Origin: Neodothiora populina
Taxonomy: Eukaryota
Direction of reading: 5' to 3'
Assembly (NCBI RefSeq): GCF_041146345.1
Contig: NW_027191408.1
Coordinates: 620,001-684,000 of the forward strand
DNA: 64,000 bases
The notes beneath the pieces were generated by a model. That model did no database searches. It was not told where the DNA came from and worked only from the letters and a program-made list of their open reading frames with translations. Every line of letters begins with the position of its first letter. The stretch's first letter is position 1. Positions 1 to 12,124 of the stretch are shown in pieces. Made by a program: the position numbers and the translations under genes.

Positions 1-245
1 GACTACGACGTCAGTAGGTCAAATTGGCCGTGCGAATTCGAACATAATACCACTGACGAACCTTTTGCAAGACGTGAGTACCACCTAACCAGTAAGATGT
101 ATGTTCCATCAGATGCTGAGAGTCGAGTGTTGAAGGCTTTCATTATAGTGATTCAGTGACAGGATCTCGCAGCACGTACAAGAAGGCTCGACCTCTTAGT
201 TGTGCGAATCATTGGGCAAGGAGATAATAATTAATCGCAATGACT

Positions 246-277
246 ATTGCGGCATTGCGGCATTGCGGCATTGCGGC
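246..277. repeat. Perfect 8-bp tandem repeat (ATTGCGGC)x4
   Basis: Read directly: attgcggc at 246, 254, 262 and 270, about 310 bp upstream of the glycosyltransferase ATG. Confidence 0.95.
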
Positions 278-589
278 CGAAACACAAGATGTGGCTGAGG
301 GCGGTCGTGCGCGCGGATAGATCTCTACCTGTGATCGGTGCTTAGCGTCTCCGCTGACGTCCGGTGATGACGAACGAAAAAACAAGGGGACTTTCCCTAT
401 ATGCGACCAGAAACTGTTCTTACTACGAGGAATTGTAAAGTTTTCATACCCGCGAAACGGATCGAAATGGATATAGCCACATGGTGAAATATGCATTGCG
501 CAAACTATCTTTAATATCTCCTCTTGTTCGGTCATCCGAGCGCAGCTGGTAAAGCTTGTTCTTCGGCGAAGTCCCATTATAAGGCAAGG

Positions 590-3508
590 ATGCATTGGTA
601 TCCACTCGGATTGTTACATCCAACCCAGGACTCCACTGAGCTTCAGCGAACTGGATCTCATGTGACTGAGGATGGTAGGGTGGACCTCTCCTTTCCTCGT
701 CATATACATCTCAAGGAAAGAAAGGAAAAGCAGGTAGAGGAAGATGGCGGTGGCGTCGAACGTAAACAGGGTAGACGGACGGTCAGACCGAGGAAGAAGG
801 ACTTCCATCCACCAGTTTTGGAAGAATACGCATGTGTACCGCGCATGAACATCGCTATACTAATCACAGGGTCGCGTGGAGATGTGCAGCCATTCATCGC
901 GCTTGGCCAGATACTACAAAAGCCACCCTACAATCATCGTGTACGTCTGGGTACACATCCCGTCTTCAAGGACTTTGTGGAAGAAAATGGCCTTGAGTTC
1001 TACTCTATTGGCGGCGACCCAAGTAAACTCATGGCTTTCATGGTGAAAAATCCAGGCATCATTCCAAGTTTTGACTCTATCAAGGCGGGAGATGTTGGTG
1101 CGCGCAAGGCCGAATTGGCAGAGATGATGGAAGGGGCCTGGAAGGCATGCACTGAACCTGGCGATGGCATTACGAAAATCGATCTTGGCGCCTATCTGCA
1201 TGATGAGGACATTTTGCTATCCTTACCGCCGCCTTTTGTGGCGGATGCGATCATTGCAAATCCGCCGACTTACGCACATATACATATCGCAGAGAAACTA
1301 GCGATACCGTGTCATATGATGTTCACAATGCCATGGTCGCCTACTCGCGCCTTTCCGCATCCACTTACTAATGTGGACGCAAGCAAGGTTGACAATCCGG
1401 GTCTTGCCAATCTACTCAGTTACAAGCGTATGGAGTTGTTGACTTGGGAAGGCCTGAGTGATATCACTAATCACTTTCGAGAGAAGACTCTGAATCTTGA
1501 TGCTGTCAGTCCTCTCTGGGGACACAGACTGTTTCCCAAGCTGCGCATACCCTTCACATACTGTAAGTACGCTGCACAAGATAATGCTCGGCTATAAAAA
1601 TCGCTAATATTCACACCGGCAGGCTGGTCAGAGGCACTAATCCCAAAGCCTTTAGATTGGGGATCGCACATCAGCATCGCCGGCTTCTTTTTCTTCCATT
1701 GGCCTCAAGCTATAAACCAGATCCCGAACTCCAGGCGTTTCTGGATGCAGGCCCTCCCCCGATTTATGTAGGGTTCGGTAGTATCGTTGTAGATGACCCG
1801 GAAAGCTTGACTGAACTGGTATTCGAGGCTATAGAATCAGCCGGAGGTACTGTACATCATCGCTCTCAGATGTGATCTACTGCTGACATGTGTTTTCTAG
1901 TGAGGGCTTTAGTGTCGAAAGGATGGGGCAACGTGGGTGGCAGTAAGCCTCCAAAGAATGTCTTTCTTCTTGGCAATGTGCCACACGATTGGCTTTTCCC
2001 ACGAGTATCAGCTGTAGTCCATCATGGAGGTGCTGGAACGACGGCCATTGGCATTGCATTAGGAAAGCCTACCGTAATCGTGCCATTCTTCGGAGACCAG
2101 CCGTTTTGGGCCAGTATGGTATACAAAGCTGGCGCAGGCCCTGAGGCAGTACCGTTCAAAGAACTTACTGCTAAAAAGTTGGCTCAGAACATCACTAAGG
2201 CTCTGCAGCCTGAAGTGCAGGAACGAGCACACGAATTGGCAGCTAAAATCAAGGGAGAAGATGGCCCTAGGAAGGCTGCAAAGATTTTCCACGAGACGCC
2301 GCAGATGAGGAACATTGCCTGCTTTCTCTGCCCAGATCACGTAGCAGTGTGGAGAGTGAGGAGGACCAACATCCAACTTAGCTCATTGGCAGTCGCTGTC
2401 CTGATCACGAGAGGAAAGCTAAATCCCCGACAACTCAAACTGGCGAGACACAACAGGTGGTATGTGGAGGAGGGAAGCCAGGATCCTATCACCGGTATGA
2501 TTGGTGCATTCACTTCCACTGCCACCGGTTTGATGAATGATGTCGACGACTATGCCCATGATATCTCAAGGCACAAAGGGCGATCACGCAAAGCCTCGAT
2601 ACGCTCGTCCATGCAAAACGAATTGGACGAGAGGCATCGACGTAGCGCATCTACGTCATCGCGCTGGGCTTCCATGGAAGAGTCCCGCGATGGCCTCGCC
2701 ACCCCATCAAGACAGAGCGAGCAGACCCATCGTCGTAAGATCAGCAAAGGCGAGCATTTCGTGACTGCCAGTGGCGAGTTCATCGATTCCTCACTAACAC
2801 ATGTCGCTAAGCGTAAGTGTTGTCCCCTGCTTGAGGTCGTATATTACTAACGATGTGACAGTACCTGTCGCGATGTTATATAACCTGGCTAATGGTTTCC
2901 ACAATGCGCCAGCACGGCTTGGAGACAAGACAGTACGCTTGCGCGATCCGATCACCGGTGTTCTCTCTGGCATGAAGGTTGGTGGCAAGGAGCTCGTTTT
3001 CGGAACATATGACGCGTTCTCTGGTATTCTTACGCAGCCCTATTTCGGTCTCCAGGAGGGCATTCATGGACAACATGGGGGCGCAGCAGCCGGTATGGCT
3101 AAAGGCGTTGGACTTGGCTTCGTTGGCCTGGTCTTCAAGCTTCCTGCTGCAATCATAGGACCCTTGGGCTATAGCTGTAAAGGAATAGAGAGATCGATGC
3201 AGAAGTGGTGGAGCGGTACTGATCAGCTTACCGGGGATGAAGTTGCAGCTATATTGAAGGCAAAAGACGAGATCAAGCAGGTGGGGCTGTCCGATGATGC
3301 AAGCGAGCACTCAGCGCAGGTGTTCTGGAACGAGGCCAAAGGTGCAGGAGTTGGCAAACGCATGGTTGAGAGGAGAGTTTGGCAAGGTTATAGAGAAGTC
3401 CGAGAGCTGAGGAACATAGCAGAGGGCGCAAAGATAGAAGAAACGATCATGCAGAGATGGACGAAACTTGAAGTAGATGAGAATTTTTTGGCGGAATTGA
3501 TGACTTGA
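590..3508 (+). CDS. Sterol 3-beta-glucosyltransferase-like UDP-glycosyltransferase (GT1), 4 exons
   Basis: Motifs [36 protein letters not shown] and [13 protein letters not shown] introns 1563-1622, 1847-1900 and 2813-2861 join four ORF-track frames. No PH/GRAM region, so not canonical ATG26. Start taken as the first ATG (590). Confidence 0.88.
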
Positions 3509-3613
3509 TTAGAATTTATTAGGTAGGTATATACCCAGGGGCAAGCGCAGCGGCGCAGAATGGCGAAATGGGATTTTCGTTCTGCAATTTGCGAGTATGA
3601 TGATCATAAAAGG

Positions 3614-4480
3614 TCAGACCTTCCTTTTCTTACGTTGAGGTGTAGTATCTATGCTCTGCTCTTCCTTGCTTTGCGGAGGAACTAACACTGGGTTCTTTGG
3701 CAAGCGCTTGCTCAGGATCAAGTAGCTGGCCTCTTTGACAATCCCACCTCTGAAGAATCTAGGTCTCGGGCTACATTCATCGACTTCATAGCCTAGCTTC
3801 GCGTACATAGCCCTTGCTTTCTCATTGCAACGGAAAACAGTAAGCATAACCTTTTGCATGCCGGCACGAATCGCAATGGTTTCCGTGATATTGAACAAGA
3901 CTCTGCCAAGTCCCTGACCCCTCGAAGCCTCTTTAAGATGGATCTCGTAAACATAGGCAACATCTTGGTTTTCTTCAATCGTCAACATGAACGACATGAA
4001 CCCTATGATGCTTGGGTCTTTTGCGAGGAGAGGAGATGCAGAGTCGCGGTCTGGTCCTACACTTGTCGTTTTGACCTGGGCTTCAGACCCGTCTGAGTGC
4101 TGTATGTTGATTGTTGGTTCTTCATTTCTGCGCACAAGCAAATAACGCATCTCTGGTTCGCGCATCTCGGTTCTCTTGTGCGCCGGCCGCCATCCGATGG
4201 GACTGCTTTCATAATCGCTACGACTGGTCTGTGTGATCAGGCTGAAACATGCTTCTAGTTCTGCGTTGGTGGTCTGCTCTGTATTGGGTTCACCAGAAGG
4301 ACTAGATCTTGACGATTTACTTGCAGTACTCTGGGTGTTCTTGAAAGTAATGTTATATGTATCGCTCTGGATATCGTGCTTCGCGTGGTATTTCAGAAGT
4401 TCGTCAGGCACATAAGCTGACTTGAACTCGGTGAAAGACAACGCATTGGCTCTCTCGACATTTTCATGAGGTTTTCGCAT
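3614..4480 (-). CDS. NAT4: N-alpha-acetyltransferase 40 (NatD, GNAT family)
   Basis: YVYEIHL...RGQGLGR acetyl-CoA motif, KVMLTVF..N..A..MY.KLGY..DECSP and YLILSK. C-terminal RKKRKV resembles an NLS. Single exon. Confidence 0.85.
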   Translation of the reverse strand: MRKPHENVERANALSFTEFKSAYVPDELLKYHAKHDIQSDTYNITFKNTQSTASKSSRSSPSGEPNTEQTTNAELEACFSLITQTSRSDYESSPIGWRPAHKRTEMREPEMRYLLVRRNEEPTINIQHSDGSEAQVKTTSVGPDRDSASPLLAKDPSIIGFMSFMLTIEENQDVAYVYEIHLKEASRGQGLGRVLFNITETIAIRAGMQKVMLTVFRCNEKARAMYAKLGYEVDECSPRPRFFRGGIVKEASYLILSKRLPKNPVLVPPQSKEEQSIDTTPQRKKRKV

Positions 4481-6990
4481 TGCTGCCTCGGAGCTATTTG
4501 ACTATTGACAAAAAGAGCCTGCAATGATGACGAGATGTCTTTAACAAGTTACTGCAAGACGCCCTCCTTTTGAGATTCGCACGAAGAACCCGGAACAATC
4601 AACACACCATATCGGCCGTGACCATTGCTCCATAGCTGAATTCCATTGGTGGGTGTTGATAGATATCTCCCGACTTCCACCGATCCACCGAAGAAGGACG
4701 ACGCGTCGATGCGCGGTGCTCGCTTGATATCGCCAAATTTAGAAACAGATTTTGCTTCGTTTGCACTTTCTGCTGGTAATCCACCTAACTACCAAAGAAG
4801 GGTACTCAGATCACAGTACTATACCAATCATCAGGCATTTGTACAGCACAACGTAGGGAGGAATCTTCCGCAGTCCAATTCTTGTTTGTGAATCGTCACA
4901 ATGCATCCGACGAGTGTCCGGTGCATCAGCTGCACTCAGCGGTGCTTTGCTAAGATTTCCACGGGCAAGTCTCTACGAGACAAGGGACCAGTACTGAGTC
5001 TTGAACATGTAATGCAATAAATAACCCGCCTAACCTCAATCTCGGATCTAATCAAACGTAGTTCCTGCAAAGAAAACGAGCAGTATCTTTATATCGTGAT
5101 ATCATGCGTTCAGTCAAAAGTGCGATTGCATTTGCCACCGTCTCGCCGCCCTTCTACACTACTCACTAATACTCGATATGAATTATAGGGATACCGCCAT
5201 CATCGACTAGGTCTGAATTGCGAGAATTCGCCCGAGCTGAGTTCGAGCAGCACAAGGAAGTTCATGATATATCACATATCAGATACCTCATATCCACCGG
5301 CCGTACGCAATTCGATAGCATGCGGCGTTACATCGAAGAGCAAGCAGCCTAAATTTGCCTAGCTCACTTGTGTCGGATACATGTTCCACGCACTCATTCA
5401 AGCGTCTCTTACTCGAGATACCAATATGGCTGGACTGCCGTCTACTAGGGACTTTCCGGAGGTCTTATCTGCCCCTGCTCTGTATCTTCAAAGTTGAGGA
5501 AATCCAGGCTATTACCATTGCATTACTTGGGAGATTAGACCGGGGCCTACTGGACTGCTAACACGCCCACTAGAGGCGGCATATACGTCCAATGTTGTCT
5601 CGCTCGTACGCGCTGGCAGCATGATATAGCCAACCTTATGGATCAGGTAGAAAGGACACGGGCTGTCAAGTCTCGCTGACCTCCATATTTCCCTGGTCTC
5701 ACCGTTTTGCTTGTCAATCCCGAGATCGCGGGAACCATTGTTCCTACCTATCATCGCACATGGTCTTGCGACATGTACGCCGAGAAGTGGTTTGATGACC
5801 ATAGTTTTAAGAGATACATGTGGCTTTCGACACCTCATACTAAGATACACATCGCTTACTGGTGAATCAAAGTGGCTTGGTATATCGAATGCGCTTGCTC
5901 ACAGGGTCTGGTATTACTTTGATCCTTTGAAAGGCAAACAAATATCAGATTAAGGAGGGAAATACCAGCTTAGTTGGCGATGGCTGTGTGTTGGATAACC
6001 ATGGTTTGATCCGGGATTGATAGAAGTAGACGTCTATGTCATATCTGAACATACCGCCTTTTGCCTTTAACAGAAAAAGCTCTCTATTATATTATCTGAA
6101 ACCTGGCTGGTGTCTAGAAAAGAAAACGTATCGTGTGTGGAAAAGTGTGACTAGCTCGTTTCTTGCAACATAAAACCATAGCTTCAGAGTGCTTGCAACG
6201 ATCCGTTTGCTTTGCAAGCTCTAAATACATGCCCAATAACACATCGTAACCATATGTGCTGCACAAGTGCTATACAGAGTGCTATATACAAGGCAAGGTT
6301 CTGTAGGACAAAACATGAGAACCCGAACAGGCAGGTAGTTCGAGCTTTGCCCCTCGCATGAGGCAGGTGTGAAGCGGACACCAGGGTCTCCATGCGATTT
6401 GAACCTCTAACAATAACGCATCGCTTTCTGTTCTCTCTGTCAGCCACACTATCAACGATACAGTCTGAAATGGCATTGGCAAAGGTCGGTTTACATTCGG
6501 ACGTACGGCTATACGTGCTCTTCGCAATAAAACATATCATACGACAGCAGACATATCCATCTGATAGGCAGAGGAGCTCTCGTACAGTAAGCCATAATGG
6601 CGCAAGATCGCGATATCCGCTCTAACGAACCTTATTGGGTGCAAAACGTGGAGATCTTTCCACACTTTCTTCGCAAGTGCCTAGGAGATACTGCTGAGTT
6701 GTAGGGGTGCGCATTGTGGCCCCTCAATCGATACAGACAAGTCAAGGCTTGGGTTCTTTGAGGTCTTGTGATTTCTTAGGTTGGTGTTGCGTATGGTACA
6801 TTTATCTACCCCTCCTCTGTCTTCACTTTGTATACTTCGCTACACCCCACTAGTGTTTATACACCTTGTATACCCTTGCAAGCTCGCGGCATAAAGGTCG
6901 AGGTCTAGCATTGTGATTGTCTCTAGCATTGTAATAGATCTTGAGTTCCGAGGCAAAAGTGCAAATAGAGCGTGCAATTAGATAAAGAAC

Positions 6991-8995
6991 ATGGCACCTT
7001 ACCTTGCGGACACAGTAGACGTAGATAATAAAGAGCCACCAAATGAGGCCCAGGAGACGTCCACACACGAGCCGACACTCGAACTTGCGGACTCGTTCAC
7101 GCCTGTGGATGGGTCTACAGAAACAGAGGAGCAATGGGTATATCCATACCCAACCGACTTCAAGCTCAGCGAACACCCAATTGACGAGCAGAGGGAATTG
7201 GAGGTGAGTCTTATACACAGGTCTTCGCCACCAAAAGAAATGACAAGTTGATAAGTGGACAATAGATTGCTATTATTGGCGCTGGTCTTGCAGGAGTGCT
7301 AGCTGGTATTTTGTTGCCAATCAAGGTGCCTGGTGTAAAGTTCACTATTATTGAGAAAAATGCCGATGTGGTGAGTAGTATCATACCCTGAGTCTGCGGG
7401 AGATATATTTTGTCTCCTCCTTTCGCAATCTGTACTGATGCAATTGGCAGGGGGGAACGTGGTTTGAGAACGTATACCCAGGGGTTCGATGTGACATTCC
7501 TGCACACGTCTATCAGTCAACATTCGACCCAAACACTCAATGGAGCGAAGCGTTCGCTCAGGGCAAGGAAATCCATGCCTACTGGTCCGGACTGGCCAAG
7601 AAGTACAACGTCTACGAGAAGACACGCTTCAACCAGAAGGTGACAGGCTGTCATTGGCGACCGGAAAGCACCAAATGGGAGGTCAACATCCAAAACCTCG
7701 AAACAGGCGGCGATGTCAAAGAGACTTACGATCTGATCATTCCGTCAATTGGCCACTTCAACGATTGGAGACTACCTGATTATGAGGGGATGAGTGAGTA
7801 CAAGGGCCTTTTGAGGCATGCATCAAACTGGGACCCGAACTTCGATCCCGCTGGTAAACGCATCGCTGTCATCGGTAATGGTGCTTCTGGCATTCAGCTC
7901 CTTCCCGAACTACAAAAGGTAGCACAGCATATCGACCACTATGCACGCTCGAGAACGTGGATTGCAGGATCGCTAGGCGGTCTCGACAGACAGGCACAGG
8001 CGATGCCATACTCGCCAGAACAGCTCGAAGACTTTGCGGACCCAGATAAATACACAGCCTTCCGCAAAGGGCTGGAGAACACGTACTGGAGCACATTCGA
8101 GAAACAGATCCGCGACTCGGACGCAAGTCGCAAAGCAGCCGCGCACTTCAAGCATCTCATGGCCGAAAGACTCAAAGAGAAGCCCGAGCTCCTCGACAAG
8201 ATCGTGCCCAACTTTCCTCCCAACTGTCGTCGCCTGACTCCCGGACCCGGCTACCTCGAGGCCCTGACAAAGCCCAACGTCGCCTACATAACCGACCGCA
8301 TCTCACACTTCACCGCCAACGGCATCGTAACATTAGACGGAGAGGAACGAGCCGTGGACGCAGTCATATGCGCCACAGGCGCCAACGTCGACTTCGCGCC
8401 TCCCTTCCCTATCGTAAACGACACAGGCATCGATCTCTCCCTCGCCTGGCGGCCCGAAGGTCTCTACGGCTTCCCATACAGCTACATCGGGTTCGCGACC
8501 CCCGGCTTCCCGAACCTCATCCACCTGCACGGACCGAACGCGCACGGCACAGCAGGCACAGTAACGCACAGCATCGAGACGCAACTCGGCTACATCGCCA
8601 AACTACTGCGCAAGTTCCGCACACAGGGCATCAAGACAATCCAGCCGTCCAAGGCCGCCACAGACGACTTCATAACCTACTGCGACGCCTTCTTCCCGCG
8701 CACCAACCTGTCGCAGAACTGCAGCAGTTGGGCCAACGGACGTCGACCCGGCGCGCGTATTCATGGCTTGTGGCCTGGCTCGCAGTCGCATAGCACGTTT
8801 GTCAAACGGGAGCCTAGATGGGAGGATTGGGAATATGAGTACTTGAGGCCGGAGAATCGGTTTGCGTACTGGGGGAATGGGTGGACGAAGAAGGAACTCG
8901 AGGCAGGCAGCGATTTGACGCAGTTTTTGAAGAGGGAGGCTGTCACGGGCGAGTTGGATCTTAGGGACTTGCATGAGCGATGGTGGGATATGTAG
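6991..8995 (+). CDS. Flavin-dependent type I Baeyer-Villiger monooxygenase, 3 exons
   Basis: Introns 7204-7265 and 7371-7450 restore IAIIGAGLAG (FAD) and GGTWFENVYPGVRCD. Also the fingerprint YKGLLRHASNWD, IGNGASG (NADPH) and CATG. Confidence 0.9.
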
Positions 8996-9426
8996 ACGCG
9001 TCAAGGATTGGATCAGCAAGTGATTGTGCTGCTGTCTGCATGGCTGGCTAGCGGGGAGGAGAGGCGGGTGTGTTAACATTCGCTGTCCGGGAAACACCAA
9101 GAAATATATGAGAAAAGATGTTTTCGAAACCTGATCATCATTTGGATAACTTTCCACATTTTGTTGCGGCCAAGAGCTACCAGGGTGCTATACAACGGCC
9201 TTGACAGAGCGGCTGATTGGAACTGCTACTGCTACTTCTATTTTTGTCTGAGAGTTACAAGCAAAAAGACAAACTCCATGTAAATGCAAGAAACCAGAAC
9301 ACAGACAACAACACGTACATGCCCTTACATCAGGTAGAAGCAAAATAGATCTCAGTCGATTGCTAAGAAGTAGAGGAAAAGTCCACAAGGACCCCAACAA
9401 AATACCCCAGAAGTCCGTCTACCTTT

Positions 9427-11740
9427 TTACTTTTGCTGCTGCTTCTCGAGCTTTCTCCTCTTGGACCTCAACTTCTCAGCCTCTGCATCCCGCTTGTTGT
9501 TCGAGTAGGTCATCTTCTCAAACACCTTGCGTTTGCGCCTCGACATCATCATCTTCTGCCTCTCGACCTCTTCGTCCTTTTCCTTGCGGGCCTTGTCCAT
9601 CTTCTTACGCGCTTGCTCGCCTTCCTTTTTCTTGAGCGCTTTGCCGGGGGTCGAGCCCGCGTCGGTCTTGTTGGTGCTGACTGTTTGGCCCTTGGCTTCG
9701 GCTTCGAGTTCGCGCTGGTGCTGGCGTGCTGCCGCTGCGTCGTCGTCATCATCGTCCGATGAGGCGTCTTCTTCGAATCCGTCAAAGGCTTCGTCGGCTT
9801 CTTCCTCCTCTGACTCGTCGTCTTCGTCTTCCGAGTCGGCGAGCTCGACGTCCATGCCCTCGCCTGATGCGATGTCCTTGCGGCTCTTGGCCAGGTACTC
9901 CTTCTCCTTGGCCGCCTTCTCCTTGGCCTCCCTGTACTCGGCGGGTGTCATGCTGCGGACGTTCGACGACGGGTCTTCTTCTTCTTCTTCTTTTTCTTCT
10001 TCGTCGGCGGAGGCGGCCTCGAGCTCTTCCATGTCCTCATCGTCAACCTCTTCGTCGCTGACGTCGGCGCCTGCTGCGACGGCCTCGCCCTCGGCCTCCT
10101 GTTCGGCAAGCGGCTTGGTGGGGTCGTACTCGCCCTTGCGAGCCTTGACCCACGGTGACAGGTGAGGGGGCAGGGCAGCGCCAGGGGCGTACAGGTCTGG
10201 GCGGAGAAGACGACCGGCGTTGATCGAGTCCCACACCCACTGTGGCTGGACGTAGATGCGACCGGGCACTCTCTCGCCAGGTCGTAGACGACCCTTCTGA
10301 ACGGCGTTTTGCGTCTGCTCCTCGTCTTCGTCGGGAACAGCTGGTAGGGGCAGGTCGGGTCTGTCGACAATCTGATGCGTGATGCGACGGTCGGACTCGT
10401 CGTTTGTGTAGGCGCCAGGGCCGAGGATGGCATCCCAAGCGAGACGATTGCAGCCGAAAGAGCGGAGGATGAACTCGAGAGGAGCACGGGGGGTTTCGCG
10501 GGAGAGGAAGATGGTCATGTCGCTGAACAAAGTGGATGCGGTGGACTGGGAGAGACCGGTGGGCTGGTAAAGCTGATCAGCGGACTGATCGACAGTCTCG
10601 AACTTGTCAAGACCATCTGCATTAGTGGTGGTCTCGTCGCCGTTCTCGGCCTCAACAGTGGCTGAAGACGAGGGCAGCTCGTTCGCAGTCGCGTAAGAGG
10701 ATGTGGGCTCCTCCTGAGAGGCAGCCGGGCCGGACAGAAGCTTGTCAGCCTCGGCCTGTGCCTTCTGTGAGATCTGCTTCTGGGCGCCGTCTTGTGTGGT
10801 GGCTGGTGCATCGCCGCTGATGGCGGCCTGGTTGGCACCCTGGATAGTGAAGGCAGTCAACTCGGCACCCTGCTCGTCGCTCTGAGCATTGAACTTGGGC
10901 GGGTAGACGAGACCAGCCGAAGTGTAGAGTCGGTAGTTGACAAAGCCAAGGAGAGTGGTGTAGAAGTCGACGAAGGTGGCCATGATTCTGAAGTCGACAT
11001 CTCCCGTGACTCTTTGCACAAACTTGTAAGGGACCAACCACAGGATATCCTGGCCCTGGATGGTGGCTTGGTAATAGATGCCCTTGATGGAGAGGAAACT
11101 CTTCCGTAGGCTGTTGGTGCGGATGAGGTAGTGCTCAAACTCGAGACACAGACGCTGGCAGAGCTGGATGGTCTTGGAGGAAACGTTCTCGGTGGCGGGA
11201 AGGTTGGCGAAGAGGAACAACATGCTGAGGCAGTCGTCGAGATCGCGCAGGGCATCGACAAAAGTGGGATATCGCTCCTTGATGACATGGTCGAGAGTGA
11301 TGCGCGGCGTCAGCGTCTTCTCCATGCGCGCAGCATCGCCAATCTCATTGCGGCCGAGTGCCCTGCTGATCTTCTTGCCCAGCGCCTTGTGGTCGCGGTA
11401 CTTGGCCAGCAGAGGCTCATGCAGGAGGAATTGGATGTCTCGTGTGTAGTAGAAGGTGGTGCTGGGGGTGCTGTTCTTGGCTGCCTTGCGCTTGTTGCGC
11501 GGCTCACGTGGGTAGATGCCTGGAAAGAGAGGGTAAAAGATCAGTTTTTTGTTCTTCTGCTTTCTTTCATTTCTTTTTCAGTGAAATCCAATGGATCTTG
11601 AACATACCCTTGAAGATACATAATCTTCTGAAATCAGGAAGAGAGATCTGTAGCTTGCGGACTGCCTGGGTACGCGTGATATAATTCTTCGCGTTACCCT
11701 TCTTGGCCTCCTTCTTGTTGCCCTTCTTCTGCGACACCAT
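9427..11740 (-). CDS. NOP7: Pescadillo homolog, 60S biogenesis PeBoW subunit, 2 exons
   Basis: Exon 1 reads MVSQKKG...[26 protein letters not shown], then intron 11520-11607, then GIYPREP...[20 protein letters not shown] region ([17 protein letters not shown]), acidic tract and basic tail. Confidence 0.96.
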
Positions 11741-12124
11741 TGTTGCGTCGGTGGTGTTGATGGAAAATCAACAGGACGGATGTCTTATATAAAATATATG
11801 AGAGAAATCGAGAAATAAGAAAATCTGGAGTTGTTATGGCAATTCATGCGTCTTTCCTCAGACTTTCCTCTGACCGCCCGCTGTTTTCATTGCGCTACTT
11901 CTCGAAATGGACGTAGCTCCCGCTGTTGCCGCGAAGCTTAAATGCGGAGTCTGGACTTGGCCTCGGCCATGACCCCCGAGATTTACATATATATTTACTC
12001 CATCTCGTGTTTACAGCTACTCAAGGCAATGTACGCTAGATTTGTACACCTTCTGTAGCTCATCGTCACTCGTTGCTTTTCTCTGGACACACAGAAAGGC
12101 TATGCTGCCGATTCCTGCGCTCAA

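Noticed and set aside
590..8995. Possible secondary-metabolite cluster (glycosyltransferase, acetyltransferase, monooxygenase)
   Set aside because: The acetyltransferase is the housekeeping NatD enzyme and no backbone synthase is in the window. Sequence left of position 1 cannot be seen.
9433..10487. Several overlapping Ser- or Arg-rich ORFs
   Set aside because: They are alternative-frame and antisense shadows of the NOP7 acidic low-complexity region.
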